NCBI GenBank assembly: GCA_963705505.1
Contig: CAVPJU010000006.1
Span: forward strand, 64,001 to 128,000
DNA: 64,000 bases
Reading direction: 5' to 3'
Origin: an uncultured bacterium
GTDB taxonomy: Bacteria; Desulfobacterota_D; UBA1144; Nemesobacterales; UBA2774
Within the stretch, counting starts at the first letter, position 1. The number at the start of each line of letters is the position of its first letter. A program made the position numbers and the translations under genes. Below, in pieces: positions 11,188-20,751 of this stretch. The notes below the pieces were generated by a model. The model was not told the DNA's origin, made no database searches, and was given only the letters and a program-made list of their open reading frames with translations.

Positions 11188-13254
11188 TTGGCAGTGACTG
11201 AAAGCGAAGAAGCAAAAAAAGGGAAGAGGACACAGGACCTCAGGATCGTAGGGTGGCTCTATTCTTTTACGGGACCTCACCGGGCTCTCATGGTCATTGC
11301 CCTCATATTGATGATCCTGAGCGCGCTCCTAGAGCTCGCAGTACCTTACATAACCAAGATCGCGGTCGATAAGTATATCTATCCTTCATGGGGAATCGCC
11401 AATTTCAAAGATAACGAAAGGGATAAGACATTTGAACAATCCATAAGGGACAAATACGCTTCTCTGGTAATACCTCTCGGCGGGAACTCATACCTCGTCG
11501 ATATGTCCGGACTCGATAACGCCGACAGGACCAACCTCGAAAAGCTCGGAATGGTCACGAAAGAGAGATACCTTGTTATAAACCAGAGGGACACCAATGA
11601 GGACAAGCTCGTCAGGCTAAGGGAAATCATAAAAAGGAACGGCGGGCTTTTTAAGAAAGCCGATGATATTTACTATATTGACTATGCCGCTCTCAAGGAG
11701 CTCGGCAGGAACGACCTCCTCATCCTGAGGAGCGACGAAATAAGGGAAGTGATTATCCTTTCGGCTCTGGTATTCGCGTGCCTGACCGGAATCTTTATAT
11801 TCAGCTCGCTCTTTACATACCTGCTCAACTACTCGGGGCATAAAATAATGCATAAGATGAGGACGGACGTATTTTCTCATATATTGAGCCTGCCCCAGTC
11901 TTTTTTCGATAAAAACCCGGTCGGCAGGCTCACGACAAGGGTGACTAACGACATTAACGCCATTAACGAGATGTACACATCCGTAGCCGTCCAGTTCTTT
12001 AAAGACGTTCTTGTGGTCATAGGCGTCTTGGTAGTCATGTTCTATATGAACAGAGAGCTCACTCTCTTCGTCACGCTCTTCACAGTGCTCATGATGTTTT
12101 TCGCGGGCCTTTTCAGGATGAAGCTCAAGACCGTATATAGAGACGTCAGAAGGTCGATCGCCAAGTTAAACGCGTTCGTTCAGGAGAGTGTAAGGGGAAT
12201 CGTACTGATAAAGCTTTACAACAGGGAAATGGAAAATTTTGAAAAATTCAAAGAGACGAACAGGGAGAACTTCAAGGCGAACATGGACCAGCTATGGGTG
12301 TATGCGACCTTCAGACCGTTTATCGAATTCATGAGCGTGTTCACAGTCGCGTTTATACTATGGTACGGAGGACTCAGCGTGCTCAAGCTCGAACTCACAC
12401 TGGGCGCGCTCATCGCGTATCTCTACTACGTGAGAATGCTGTTCCGTCCGATCATGGAGCTCGCGGAAAGGTATAACATATTTCAATCCGCCACGGTCGC
12501 GAGCGAAAACCTTTACGAACTCGTAAACGTGGCACCGGAGCAGAAAGAGGGTATAAGGGAAGCTGTCGTAAAGGGCCAGCTTGAATTTAAAAACGTCTGG
12601 TTCTCATACAACGACAAAGACTGGGTCCTCAGAGACGTATCTTTTGCGATAGAGCCCGGAGAGACCGTGGCGCTAGTCGGGCTTACGGGATCGGGCAAGA
12701 CAACGATCGTCAATCTGATACTCAAATTCTATGACGCGCAGAGGGGACAGATACTGTTCGACGGCACTGACATAAGGGAGATCAGCACCGAGTTCCTGAG
12801 AGGGAACATCTCTGCTGTATTCCAGGACCTCTTCTTGTTCGGTAAGAACATATCCGATTCCGAAGACGACGGCTTCTCGAAGGCGATACAGATAGACCAG
12901 ATAAAGACTAACGGGAATACTATATCTTCAGGGGAAAAGCAGCTCGTCTCACTGGGACAGGCGTTTTCCAAAAGCTCGAAATTCCTTATACTCGACGAAG
13001 CGACTTCGAATATAGACGCCAGGATCGAAAGGAATATTCAGAAGGCGCTCAGGAACGAAGCGCGGGACCAGACTACGCTGATTATCGCTCACAGGCTCTC
13101 GAACGTAAGACACGCCGACAGGATCATGGTTATACATAAGGGCGAGATTTCAGAAACGGGCACGCATTCGAGCCTTCTTTCAAAAAAGGGGATATATTAC
13201 AACCTCTACGAGCTGCAAAACGAGATACAACGCTTTTCCCTGTTATCGGACTAG
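11188..13254 (+). CDS. ABC exporter half-transporter (MdlB-like) with a large loop insertion and degenerate NBD
   Basis: FFDKNPVGRLTTRVTND, Walker A GLTGSGKT, signature ISSGE, Walker B LILDE, IAHRLS. Confidence 0.92.
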   Translation: MAVTESEEAKKGKRTQDLRIVGWLYSFTGPHRALMVIALILMILSALLELAVPYITKIAVDKYIYPSWGIANFKDNERDKTFEQSIRDKYASLVIPLGGNSYLVDMSGLDNADRTNLEKLGMVTKERYLVINQRDTNEDKLVRLREIIKRNGGLFKKADDIYYIDYAALKELGRNDLLILRSDEIREVIILSALVFACLTGIFIFSSLFTYLLNYSGHKIMHKMRTDVFSHILSLPQSFFDKNPVGRLTTRVTNDINAINEMYTSVAVQFFKDVLVVIGVLVVMFYMNRELTLFVTLFTVLMMFFAGLFRMKLKTVYRDVRRSIAKLNAFVQESVRGIVLIKLYNREMENFEKFKETNRENFKANMDQLWVYATFRPFIEFMSVFTVAFILWYGGLSVLKLELTLGALIAYLYYVRMLFRPIMELAERYNIFQSATVASENLYELVNVAPEQKEGIREAVVKGQLEFKNVWFSYNDKDWVLRDVSFAIEPGETVALVGLTGSGKTTIVNLILKFYDAQRGQILFDGTDIREISTEFLRGNISAVFQDLFLFGKNISDSEDDGFSKAIQIDQIKTNGNTISSGEKQLVSLGQAFSKSSKFLILDEATSNIDARIERNIQKALRNEARDQTTLIIAHRLSNVRHADRIMVIHKGEISETGTHSSLLSKKGIYYNLYELQNEIQRFSLLSD

Positions 13255-13274
13255 CCGGACGGCGCTTCCGCAAA

Positions 13275-14483
13275 ATGGACACCATGGAATTTATCTCCTT
13301 AGAAGAACAAACGGAACAAGTCGCGGCATATCTGAGAAGAAGGGAGGACTTCACGGGGCACGACCTCGGTATAGTCGTCTCCCCATACCGCATCTCCCCC
13401 CTCGGAGCGCACATAGACCACCAGGGCGGACCCGTGCTGGGGATGACAATCGACGCCAGAACGCTCCTCGCATTCATACCGAATAATGAGAAAAAAGTCC
13501 GCCTATACAGCATGAATTACCCCGGAGTCGCCGAATTCGCCATCGACAATGTCAAGACCCCGGCGAGGGACGACTGGGGAAGATATGCGATGGGGGCTGC
13601 GAAGGTGATGAACGATCTTGGCGGCGTAGAGACGGGGTTTACGGGCGCTCTTTACGGGACACTGCCCGCCTGCGGGCTCAGCTCCTCCGCATCCTCGGGG
13701 CTCGCCTGCCTGAGGGCGCTCGCGTTCGTTAACCGTATCAAACTATCGCCCGGGGACTACGTCGAGCTCGACCGGAGGATAGAGAACGATTATTTGAAGC
13801 TCTCAAACGGCATCCTCGACCAGTCATCGATCGTCTACGGTAAAAAAGACAATCTTATATACATCGATACGAACACCGGGAATACGGCCGGGTATCCGAG
13901 ACCGGAAAGATCCGAAGCGTTCAGGATCATGATCGCCTACTCGGGCATACCGCGCGAGCTCACCTCCTCCGGGTTTAATACGCGGGTCGAGGAATGCAGA
14001 AAGGCTGCCGGGCTGCTCGGCATAATGGGAGGGCTGAGGTCGGCAAAAACGCTCTCTTACGTACCTGAGAAGGTGTACCGGGAAAAATCGGAAAAGCTTC
14101 CCGATGAGCTCAGAAGGAGGGCGGTCCATTATTTTACGGAAGTCGAGCGTGTAACCATGGGAGTAGCCGCCTGGAAGATCGGCGACATGGAAACTTTCGG
14201 AAAGCTCATGAACGAATCGTGCGAGAGCTCGTTCGTGAATTACGAAGTCGGAAGCCCCGAGCTCATATACCTCCAGAAAATTGTAAGCTCGACCGGAGGG
14301 GTTTACGGGAGCAGACTGAACGGCGGTGGCTACGGGGGCTCGCTGACCGCATTCGTAAGGAAAGATTTCTCCCGCGAATCCGCAGAGGGGATATTAGAAC
14401 AGTACACGAACGCGTACCCGCAGCTCACAGAGAGCGCCCGGGTATATTTTGCGGAACCCGACGACGGGCTAAGGCTATTATGA
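13275..14483 (+). CDS. GHMP sugar kinase, galacturonokinase (GalAK)-like
   Basis: PYRISPLGAHIDHQGG, GLSSSAS, IENDYLKLSNGILDQ, GSRLNGGGYGG. Confidence 0.85.
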   Translation: MDTMEFISLEEQTEQVAAYLRRREDFTGHDLGIVVSPYRISPLGAHIDHQGGPVLGMTIDARTLLAFIPNNEKKVRLYSMNYPGVAEFAIDNVKTPARDDWGRYAMGAAKVMNDLGGVETGFTGALYGTLPACGLSSSASSGLACLRALAFVNRIKLSPGDYVELDRRIENDYLKLSNGILDQSSIVYGKKDNLIYIDTNTGNTAGYPRPERSEAFRIMIAYSGIPRELTSSGFNTRVEECRKAAGLLGIMGGLRSAKTLSYVPEKVYREKSEKLPDELRRRAVHYFTEVERVTMGVAAWKIGDMETFGKLMNESCESSFVNYEVGSPELIYLQKIVSSTGGVYGSRLNGGGYGGSLTAFVRKDFSRESAEGILEQYTNAYPQLTESARVYFAEPDDGLRLL

Positions 14484-15256
14484 TAGCGATCCTATTATGC
14501 GCCGGCTTTGCCACGAGGATGGAGCCTCTTACAAAAGATACACCGAAGGCCCTGCTGGAAGTCGGGGGGAAACCCGTCATCGACCACTTAATCGGGCAAA
14601 TCCTGGAGCTAAGCAATTTGGATTCGATCTACATCGTGACGAACGACCGCTTCTTCAAACACTTTCTTGACTGGGGTGAAAGGAGCGAGGGGGCGATAAC
14701 GGAAAGAGGGATAAGCCTTCACATATATAATGACGGCGTCGAAAGCCCTGAAAGAAGACTTGGCGCTGCGGGCGATCTGGGATTCATGGTGAGCTCCCTC
14801 CCCGAAAACAAAGGGGCGCTCGTCGCGGCGGGAGACAATATCTTTCGCTTCCCGCTCAAGCCCTACTGGGAAATATTCATGAGGGAAGATAAAAGCTATG
14901 TGCTCGCACTCAAAACTCAAGACACGGAAAAGCTCAGAAGGACCGGAGTGCTCGAGCTTGGTCAGGATGACCGCGTAGCGGCTTTTCATGAAAAGCCCGA
15001 GAACCCCCCATCGAGCTTTGCCTGCCCTGCCCTTTATTTTCTTAAACCCCGCTCGCTCGATCTGGTTCATGAGTATCTGTCGTCACCCGATGCCAGAGAC
15101 GAAATCGGATATTTCATATCATACCTTGCCAAGCATGACGTTATACATGCATTCCGGGTCGAGGGGGAGGCTATAGACATAGGGACGATAGAGTCCTACG
15201 AGAGAGCTAAAAAAATCCTGTCCGAAGAGCCGGTCATATGTAGAGAAAGAAAGTAA
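14480..15256 (+). CDS. Sugar-phosphate nucleotidyltransferase
   Basis: MIAILLCAGFATRMEPLTKDTPKALL, AGDN, FHEKP, DIGT. ATGA overlap with the kinase stop places the start at 14480 rather than 14219. Confidence 0.9.
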   Translation: MIAILLCAGFATRMEPLTKDTPKALLEVGGKPVIDHLIGQILELSNLDSIYIVTNDRFFKHFLDWGERSEGAITERGISLHIYNDGVESPERRLGAAGDLGFMVSSLPENKGALVAAGDNIFRFPLKPYWEIFMREDKSYVLALKTQDTEKLRRTGVLELGQDDRVAAFHEKPENPPSSFACPALYFLKPRSLDLVHEYLSSPDARDEIGYFISYLAKHDVIHAFRVEGEAIDIGTIESYERAKKILSEEPVICRERK

Positions 15257-15309
15257 CTCGCAGGCACCAATCTATATTTTATCTTGATTCGCCTTCGTGA
15301 ATTTTGTAA

Positions 15310-15330
15310 ATATTTAGGTATGCTAAATAT
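15310..15330. promoter_or_regulatory. Palindromic operator upstream of the MarR gene
   Basis: ATATTTAG-GTATG-CTAAATAT, ending 12 nt before the ATG. Confidence 0.7.
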
Positions 15331-15342
15331 GAGGAAGACCAT

Positions 15343-15960
15343 ATGTCCATTTTTGATCCCGTTTACAGGCAAAAAAATATAGGCGGACAGATAACCAGAA
15401 CCCTATTCCATATCGGCCAGGCGGTCAAGAACATATTCTGGGATAAAAGCAGGCTGGAGCACCTTACCCCCGCGCAGGTCAAATCCCTGCTCTTCATTAA
15501 TTACACGAGAAAAGACGCTATTACGATAGGGAATATAGCCAGGTATCTGACCTGTACGCCCGCAACCGCAAGCGGGGTAATCGACTCGCTCGAAAGGAAA
15601 AACCTTATATTGAGGTCAAGGGACACGACAGACAGGAGAAGGGTGCATTTATCGCTAACGCCGGATGGGGAAAGGGTCGTCGGCGATATCGAAAATATAG
15701 GTTATGAAATGGAAGAAATCATAAGGGAATTCGATCCCCGGGAACAAAAGATCCTGGAACAGCTTTTACTTAAGATCTCGGAAAAGCTTGCGGAAAGGGG
15801 CCTGATTTTTTCGGGCGACATCTGTACCGAGTGCTGTTTTTTCAAGCGGGACAGTCACTTAGGAGAGCTTAAGCCCCACTATTGTGAAAACCTTCACATA
15901 CTTCTGAGTGAAGAGGACATATGTATGGAATGTCCCCACTTCAAAAAAACTCTCAATTGA
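15343..15960 (+). CDS. MarR-family regulator with a C-terminal Cys-rich domain
   Basis: wHTH features (LTPAQ, TPATASGVIDSLERK, DRRRVHLSLT) plus CTECCFF...HYC...CMEC. Confidence 0.9.
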   Translation: MSIFDPVYRQKNIGGQITRTLFHIGQAVKNIFWDKSRLEHLTPAQVKSLLFINYTRKDAITIGNIARYLTCTPATASGVIDSLERKNLILRSRDTTDRRRVHLSLTPDGERVVGDIENIGYEMEEIIREFDPREQKILEQLLLKISEKLAERGLIFSGDICTECCFFKRDSHLGELKPHYCENLHILLSEEDICMECPHFKKTLN

Positions 15961-15981
15961 AATCATAAAATTTTTTAGTAT

Positions 15982-16020
15982 TATTATTTAGGTAACCTAA
16001 ATAATAGGTATACTAAATAT
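15982..16020. promoter_or_regulatory. Tandem palindromic operators upstream of the sigma factor gene
   Basis: Perfect TATTATTTAGGT-A-ACCTAAATAATA (15982-16006) overlapping a second copy TAGGTATACTAAATAT; same core as 15310-15330. Confidence 0.75.
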
Positions 16021-16047
16021 CGTGATTATATTGAGATCGCCAATACC

Positions 16048-17163
16048 ATGAAGCTAAAACAACTAGCGGACATAGACGAGGAAAGCACCCTGACCGATTC
16101 GGATTTCAGCCCCGAGGGCGTTTCCGATGAGGAATTTGATCCCGGCCAGGATGAAGAGACGGAAGGCGTTGATGAGCCTCAAGCCCGTTTCTTCAACAAT
16201 AAGAGAGACATAACAGACCAGAACTACAGGCTACTTTACGCTTATTTCAAAGAACTCAACGATGAGACTCTTCTCAGCAAGCGCGATGAGGCTGTTCTCG
16301 CAGCAAAGATTAAGCTTTGCGAAAGCAGGGCAAAAAAAATCGCCGGGTTTCTAAATAAAAAGAGTGCCAGGAAGAATGGGAACCCCTCGTGGCATGAAAC
16401 CGTACTCGATGCGCTCGGCAGGTCCTATACAGCCAGGTCCAAACACTTTCAGGATAAGTTCATCAAGTCCAATCTGAGACTCGTAATCGAACTCGCCAAT
16501 AAATACACCGGGAGGGGGCTCCCTCTGACGGATTTGATCCAGGAAGGGAACATAGGGCTGATGAAGGCGGTAACGAAATTCGATCATACGAAAGGGTTCA
16601 AGTTCTCCACATATGCATCGTGGTGGATACACCAGTCTCTATCGCGGGCCGTCATGGAGCAGACGCACGTGATACTGATCCCGGTCTATCTCCAGGAGCT
16701 TTCAGCCAAGGTCTTCAGGGCAAAGGCGAAGCTGGAGCACAATACCGATAAGAATGCCGTGCCCGAACAGATCGCAAAAGAGGTGAATATGCCTCTCGAT
16801 GCCGTAACCACGATCTTGAAGGGGAACGATCTCGTAGTCCCTCTGGAGCTGCTGCCGGGAAACGAGGATTCCAAATCCTACCTCGACATAACTCCCGACC
16901 CCGACTCCAAGAGGCCCGAGTTTTATCTGACCATGAGATCGATCTACGATGAGGTAAGGGACTCGTTAGGCCTGTTATCCGAGAGAGAAAGGGACGTCCT
17001 CAAAATGAGGTTCGGTATCGATTATGAAAACGACCATAAGCTGGAACAGATAGCGGACAAATACGGCCTCAGCAGGGAGAGGATCAGGCAGATCGAAAAG
17101 GACGCGCTAAACAAACTGGCCGGGTCCGGGCGCAGCCATGTGTTGAGGGAATTCCTGAACTAA
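16048..17163 (+). CDS. Alternative RpoD/RpoS-like sigma70 factor lacking region 1.1
   Basis: SNLRLVI, DLIQEGNIGLMKAV, KFSTYASWWI, SRERIRQIE. Confidence 0.93.
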   Translation: MKLKQLADIDEESTLTDSDFSPEGVSDEEFDPGQDEETEGVDEPQARFFNNKRDITDQNYRLLYAYFKELNDETLLSKRDEAVLAAKIKLCESRAKKIAGFLNKKSARKNGNPSWHETVLDALGRSYTARSKHFQDKFIKSNLRLVIELANKYTGRGLPLTDLIQEGNIGLMKAVTKFDHTKGFKFSTYASWWIHQSLSRAVMEQTHVILIPVYLQELSAKVFRAKAKLEHNTDKNAVPEQIAKEVNMPLDAVTTILKGNDLVVPLELLPGNEDSKSYLDITPDPDSKRPEFYLTMRSIYDEVRDSLGLLSERERDVLKMRFGIDYENDHKLEQIADKYGLSRERIRQIEKDALNKLAGSGRSHVLREFLN

Positions 17164-17288
17164 GTACTCCTGCTTTAAAACTTCAAGTAACTAAATCGCA
17201 GCAGGAAATAACTCTAGTAATATCCGGCTCTGAACATATCCGATTGAATTTGATTTAATCCGGGTGCGTGGATTAGGAACCAAAGGGT

Positions 17289-18230
17289 TTATGATGCCGT
17301 CCTGAATTGAATCGTATCCGGGAACGGGAACCTCGTGTGCTCTTCCTTGCCGTCCAGCTCCTCCACTTCATCGGCCCCGAATTCTCTCAGGCGGGAAATG
17401 ACCTCGAGGACTACCGTTTCTGGGGTCGAAGCGCCCGAGCTCAGGCCGACAACCATGTCATTCCTGAACATGCTCCTGTGTAGGTTATCAGCGCCCTCGA
17501 TGAGATATGCGTCTTTTACTCCGCTCGCCTTCGCGACCTCCACGAGGCGGTTCGAATTCGAGCTTTCGGGCGAGCCCATTATGAAGATAATATCCGACTG
17601 CGCGGCAAGGGCCTTAACCGCGTCCTGCCTGTTCTGGGTAGCGTAGCAGATGTCGAGCTTCGAAGGGCTCACTATTTTCGGAAACCTTCTCTTCAGTACT
17701 TCGAGTATGTCTTTAGTGTCGTCGACGCTCAGCGTCGTCTGTGTCACATAGGCGACCATATCGGGGTTCTCGAGGACAACCTCTTCTGCTTCCGCGACCG
17801 ATTCCACGACGACGACTCTCTCGGGAGCCTCTCCGCTGGTGCCTATCACCTCGACGTGATTTCTATGCCCGATGAGTATAATCGTGTAGCCCATATCGGC
17901 ATAATGCCTGACTTCGTTGTGCACCTTCGTCACGAGCGGACAGACCGCATCGACGACCTCAAGGCTCCTCCTCTCCGCCTCTTCGCGGACGGCGGGACTG
18001 ACGCCGTGGGCGCTGAATATTACCTTTGCCCCTTTCCGGTCGACCTCCCTGAGCTCTTCCACGAACCTGACCCCTTTATTCTTGAGGGACTCCACCACGC
18101 GCTTATTATGGACTATGGCATGGCGTACGTATATCGGGGGCCCATACATCTCGAGCGCGCGCTCGACAATTTCTATCGCGCGGTCCACACCGGCGCAAAA
18201 GCCCCTCGGTTTGGCAACTATGACACGCAT
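17289..18230 (-). CDS. ispH: 4-hydroxy-3-methylbut-2-enyl diphosphate reductase
   Basis: PRGFCAGV, SAHGV, CPLVTKVH, DICYATQNRQ, SSNS, GASTP. Alternative start at 18236. Confidence 0.97.
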   Translation of the reverse strand: MRVIVAKPRGFCAGVDRAIEIVERALEMYGPPIYVRHAIVHNKRVVESLKNKGVRFVEELREVDRKGAKVIFSAHGVSPAVREEAERRSLEVVDAVCPLVTKVHNEVRHYADMGYTIILIGHRNHVEVIGTSGEAPERVVVVESVAEAEEVVLENPDMVAYVTQTTLSVDDTKDILEVLKRRFPKIVSPSKLDICYATQNRQDAVKALAAQSDIIFIMGSPESSNSNRLVEVAKASGVKDAYLIEGADNLHRSMFRNDMVVGLSSGASTPETVVLEVISRLREFGADEVEELDGKEEHTRFPFPDTIQFRTAS

Positions 18231-18357
18231 AAACATTCTCCCTCAATAATAATACTCTATTCCGGGGGGTCTTCACAGCCGAAAGCCTGTAACCGTCTAC
18301 TTATGTTTAACTGAAACCCCTATAAGCGATATTTGCAGCTTACAAAATAAACTGTGA

Positions 18358-19182
18358 CTATAGCATAATGCAATCTTCCAGAAACGAGTAAAACTCCTCT
18401 CTTTTATCCAACATTATCCAGTGAGACGCCACATTAAATTCCTTATATTCCAGATCATTTCTAATTAAAAACCTCCTTGCAGAATCCATAACCGGTCTTG
18501 TCCCGACACAAAAGATCTTAGGTATCACTAATTCTTTATAAGCGACGGATATCTCGTTATTTCCTTCCCGGTCTTCGGATTCAAACCTGCTGCATATCTC
18601 CACTGCCGTTTGGGCAAAGGCTTCGGGGGCACACTCGGTTACGGAATCAAAATATTTTATAGTCGAAGGGCTTTCGAAATCCTCAAGGAGATTCTTTTTA
18701 AACCCGCCTTCGTGGAGCCATTTGCCGAATTTTCTCATATCATGATTAAAATCCTCCAATACCCTGACGGCATTTATCGATTCGATTAGAGTGTCCCGTG
18801 CAATGCCTCCTTCGACATTCACAAACTTTTTAATCCTCCCATGATTATCATCACCGCATATTAACGCCCCCAGAATACCTCCGTAAGAATGACCGACTAA
18901 AATTATATCTTTCAGATCAAAGCGGCTTATTAGCTCCCGGAGAATTTTCATCTGACACGAAAATGAATAATCCGGGTTCTTCTTAACTTTTTCACTTTTA
19001 CCGAATCCGAGCAGATCCGGGACGATAATATTGTATTTACCCGGCATGCCGAAGGCGTCGAAGAAACACCTCCCGGACTCGCCTATTCCATGAATGAATA
19101 AAATCGGGGTGCTGCTGCGCTCATTTATCCTGTACCTGATAAAAATTTTGTGACCCAGCAAATTTATAAGTTCCGCTTTCAT
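18358..19182 (-). CDS. Alpha/beta hydrolase
   Basis: FIHGIG, PDLLGFGKS, GHSYGG nucleophile elbow, C-terminal SHW. Confidence 0.88.
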   Translation of the reverse strand: MKAELINLLGHKIFIRYRINERSSTPILFIHGIGESGRCFFDAFGMPGKYNIIVPDLLGFGKSEKVKKNPDYSFSCQMKILRELISRFDLKDIILVGHSYGGILGALICGDDNHGRIKKFVNVEGGIARDTLIESINAVRVLEDFNHDMRKFGKWLHEGGFKKNLLEDFESPSTIKYFDSVTECAPEAFAQTAVEICSRFESEDREGNNEISVAYKELVIPKIFCVGTRPVMDSARRFLIRNDLEYKEFNVASHWIMLDKREEFYSFLEDCIML

Positions 19183-19346
19183 GGTCAGTTCCCCGGTTAG
19201 ATTATTTTGAGGAGGAATTGTATCTTAATTCCCCGTTATGAATCGGCTCTTCCATTTTATATATAATTGTAGTATGGATTTTATTAACCGGGTTCCCGTA
19301 AAATTTCCATGATTGCCGGAACAAATCAAAAAACGAGGGTAACAGG

Positions 19347-20129
19347 ATGAGATTAAAAGATAAAGTAGCGATTATCACCGGGGGATCTTCCGGTATCGGG
19401 AAAGCTATAACGCTCGGATTTGTGAAAGAAGGGGCCAAAGTCGTAATAGCCGCGCTGCATGAGGAACCGTGCATGGAGGCCGTAAAGGAAGTGGAGGATA
19501 TCGGAGGCGAGGCTATGTATTACACGCTTGATGTCTCCGACCTGAGCAAGCATCGGGAATTAATGGATAAGACGATAAATAAATTCGGCAGGGCGGATAT
19601 ATTGGTGAATGACGCCGGTTATGCGAGGCGGGAGACCGTATTCGATGTGACACCCGAGAACTGGGACAAGATGATGGACATAAACCTGAAAAGCACTTTT
19701 TTTCTGTCTCAGAGTTTCGCTAAACAGGTCATCAAGCAGGGGACTCCCGGAAGGATAATAAATATCGGCTCCGTAGCGGGCGCGATGGACATGCACCCGA
19801 TCTCGATTGCCTACCACGCGGCAAAAGGGGCAGTAATCAACGTGACGAGAGTGATGGCGGTCGATCTCGCCCCTTACAACATAACGGTTAACTGCATAGG
19901 CCCGGGTTCCACGATCACGCCGCTGTCCGCATCAAAAAATCCCGAATACGATGATTACATGACACAGGGGATCCCCGAAGGAAGGAGGGGGAAGCCCGAG
20001 GATATGGTGCCGCCCGCGGTGATGTTCGCCACTGACGAAGCCGCTTATATTACGGGCCAGACTATATTCGTCGAGGGCGGGGCAATGTCCATTTATCTCG
20101 GGAAAAGCGAGCCCGATTTTAAAGCCTGA
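19347..20129 (+). CDS. SDR-family oxidoreductase
   Basis: TGGSSGIG, YHAAK, VNCIGPG, YITGQTIFVEGG. Confidence 0.92.
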   Translation: MRLKDKVAIITGGSSGIGKAITLGFVKEGAKVVIAALHEEPCMEAVKEVEDIGGEAMYYTLDVSDLSKHRELMDKTINKFGRADILVNDAGYARRETVFDVTPENWDKMMDINLKSTFFLSQSFAKQVIKQGTPGRIINIGSVAGAMDMHPISIAYHAAKGAVINVTRVMAVDLAPYNITVNCIGPGSTITPLSASKNPEYDDYMTQGIPEGRRGKPEDMVPPAVMFATDEAAYITGQTIFVEGGAMSIYLGKSEPDFKA

Positions 20130-20133
20130 CCCT

Positions 20134-20733
20134 TCAGTCCGGGTCGAGAATGATGTCCGCTTTCTTTCTGTGCCCGTCGAAGTATGGAAGGTAGCCGTCA
20201 AAATATATCTTCCTTTTCTCGAGCCAACCCCGATGATCGAGATGACGTCCTGACTCGTCTCTCGCCTCGGCTCTCGCGAGTGCAACCTCCGGGGGCGTAT
20301 CTATAAAAACCCTCAGGTCGATAAGCCCGTCGAACTCTTCATCGAACGAAAACAGCCCCTCGAGGATCAGATACCGGCAGCTCTCCGCATCTATTGTGAT
20401 CCGGCCGTCGATATCCCCGCTTTGAACGTTATAGAGACCCGAAACATCGAATATTTTTTTCTTCGCGGCGGAGAGGAGCGTAGCTTTTACCTTGCCGATA
20501 TCGTACCAGTCGCGCAAATGTATACCTCCCTCCTCAATTTTACGCTCCCAAAGCGACCTGGGCACGCAAACAAATAAATCCATTGATATCAGTAGGGCGT
20601 CAGGCGAGAGAGCTTCGTGCAGCTTCTCCCCGTCGTAGCTCTTGCCGCTCCCTATCGTACCTTCGAGCGCGATAACATACGGGAAGCTCCTGGCGCGTCC
20701 GCGAATCTCCGTGACCAACTCTCCTAACTCCAT
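20134..20733 (-). CDS. Uridine kinase-like P-loop kinase
   Basis: IALEGTIGSGKS, ISMDLF, ILEGLF, LARAEARD. Confidence 0.78.
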   Translation of the reverse strand: MELGELVTEIRGRARSFPYVIALEGTIGSGKSYDGEKLHEALSPDALLISMDLFVCVPRSLWERKIEEGGIHLRDWYDIGKVKATLLSAAKKKIFDVSGLYNVQSGDIDGRITIDAESCRYLILEGLFSFDEEFDGLIDLRVFIDTPPEVALARAEARDESGRHLDHRGWLEKRKIYFDGYLPYFDGHRKKADIILDPD

Positions 20734-20751
20734 TACTCATACTATATATCT

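Noticed and set aside
14219..14479. N-terminal extension of the nucleotidyltransferase ORF
   Set aside because: It overlaps the kinase; the family motif starts at ATG 14480.
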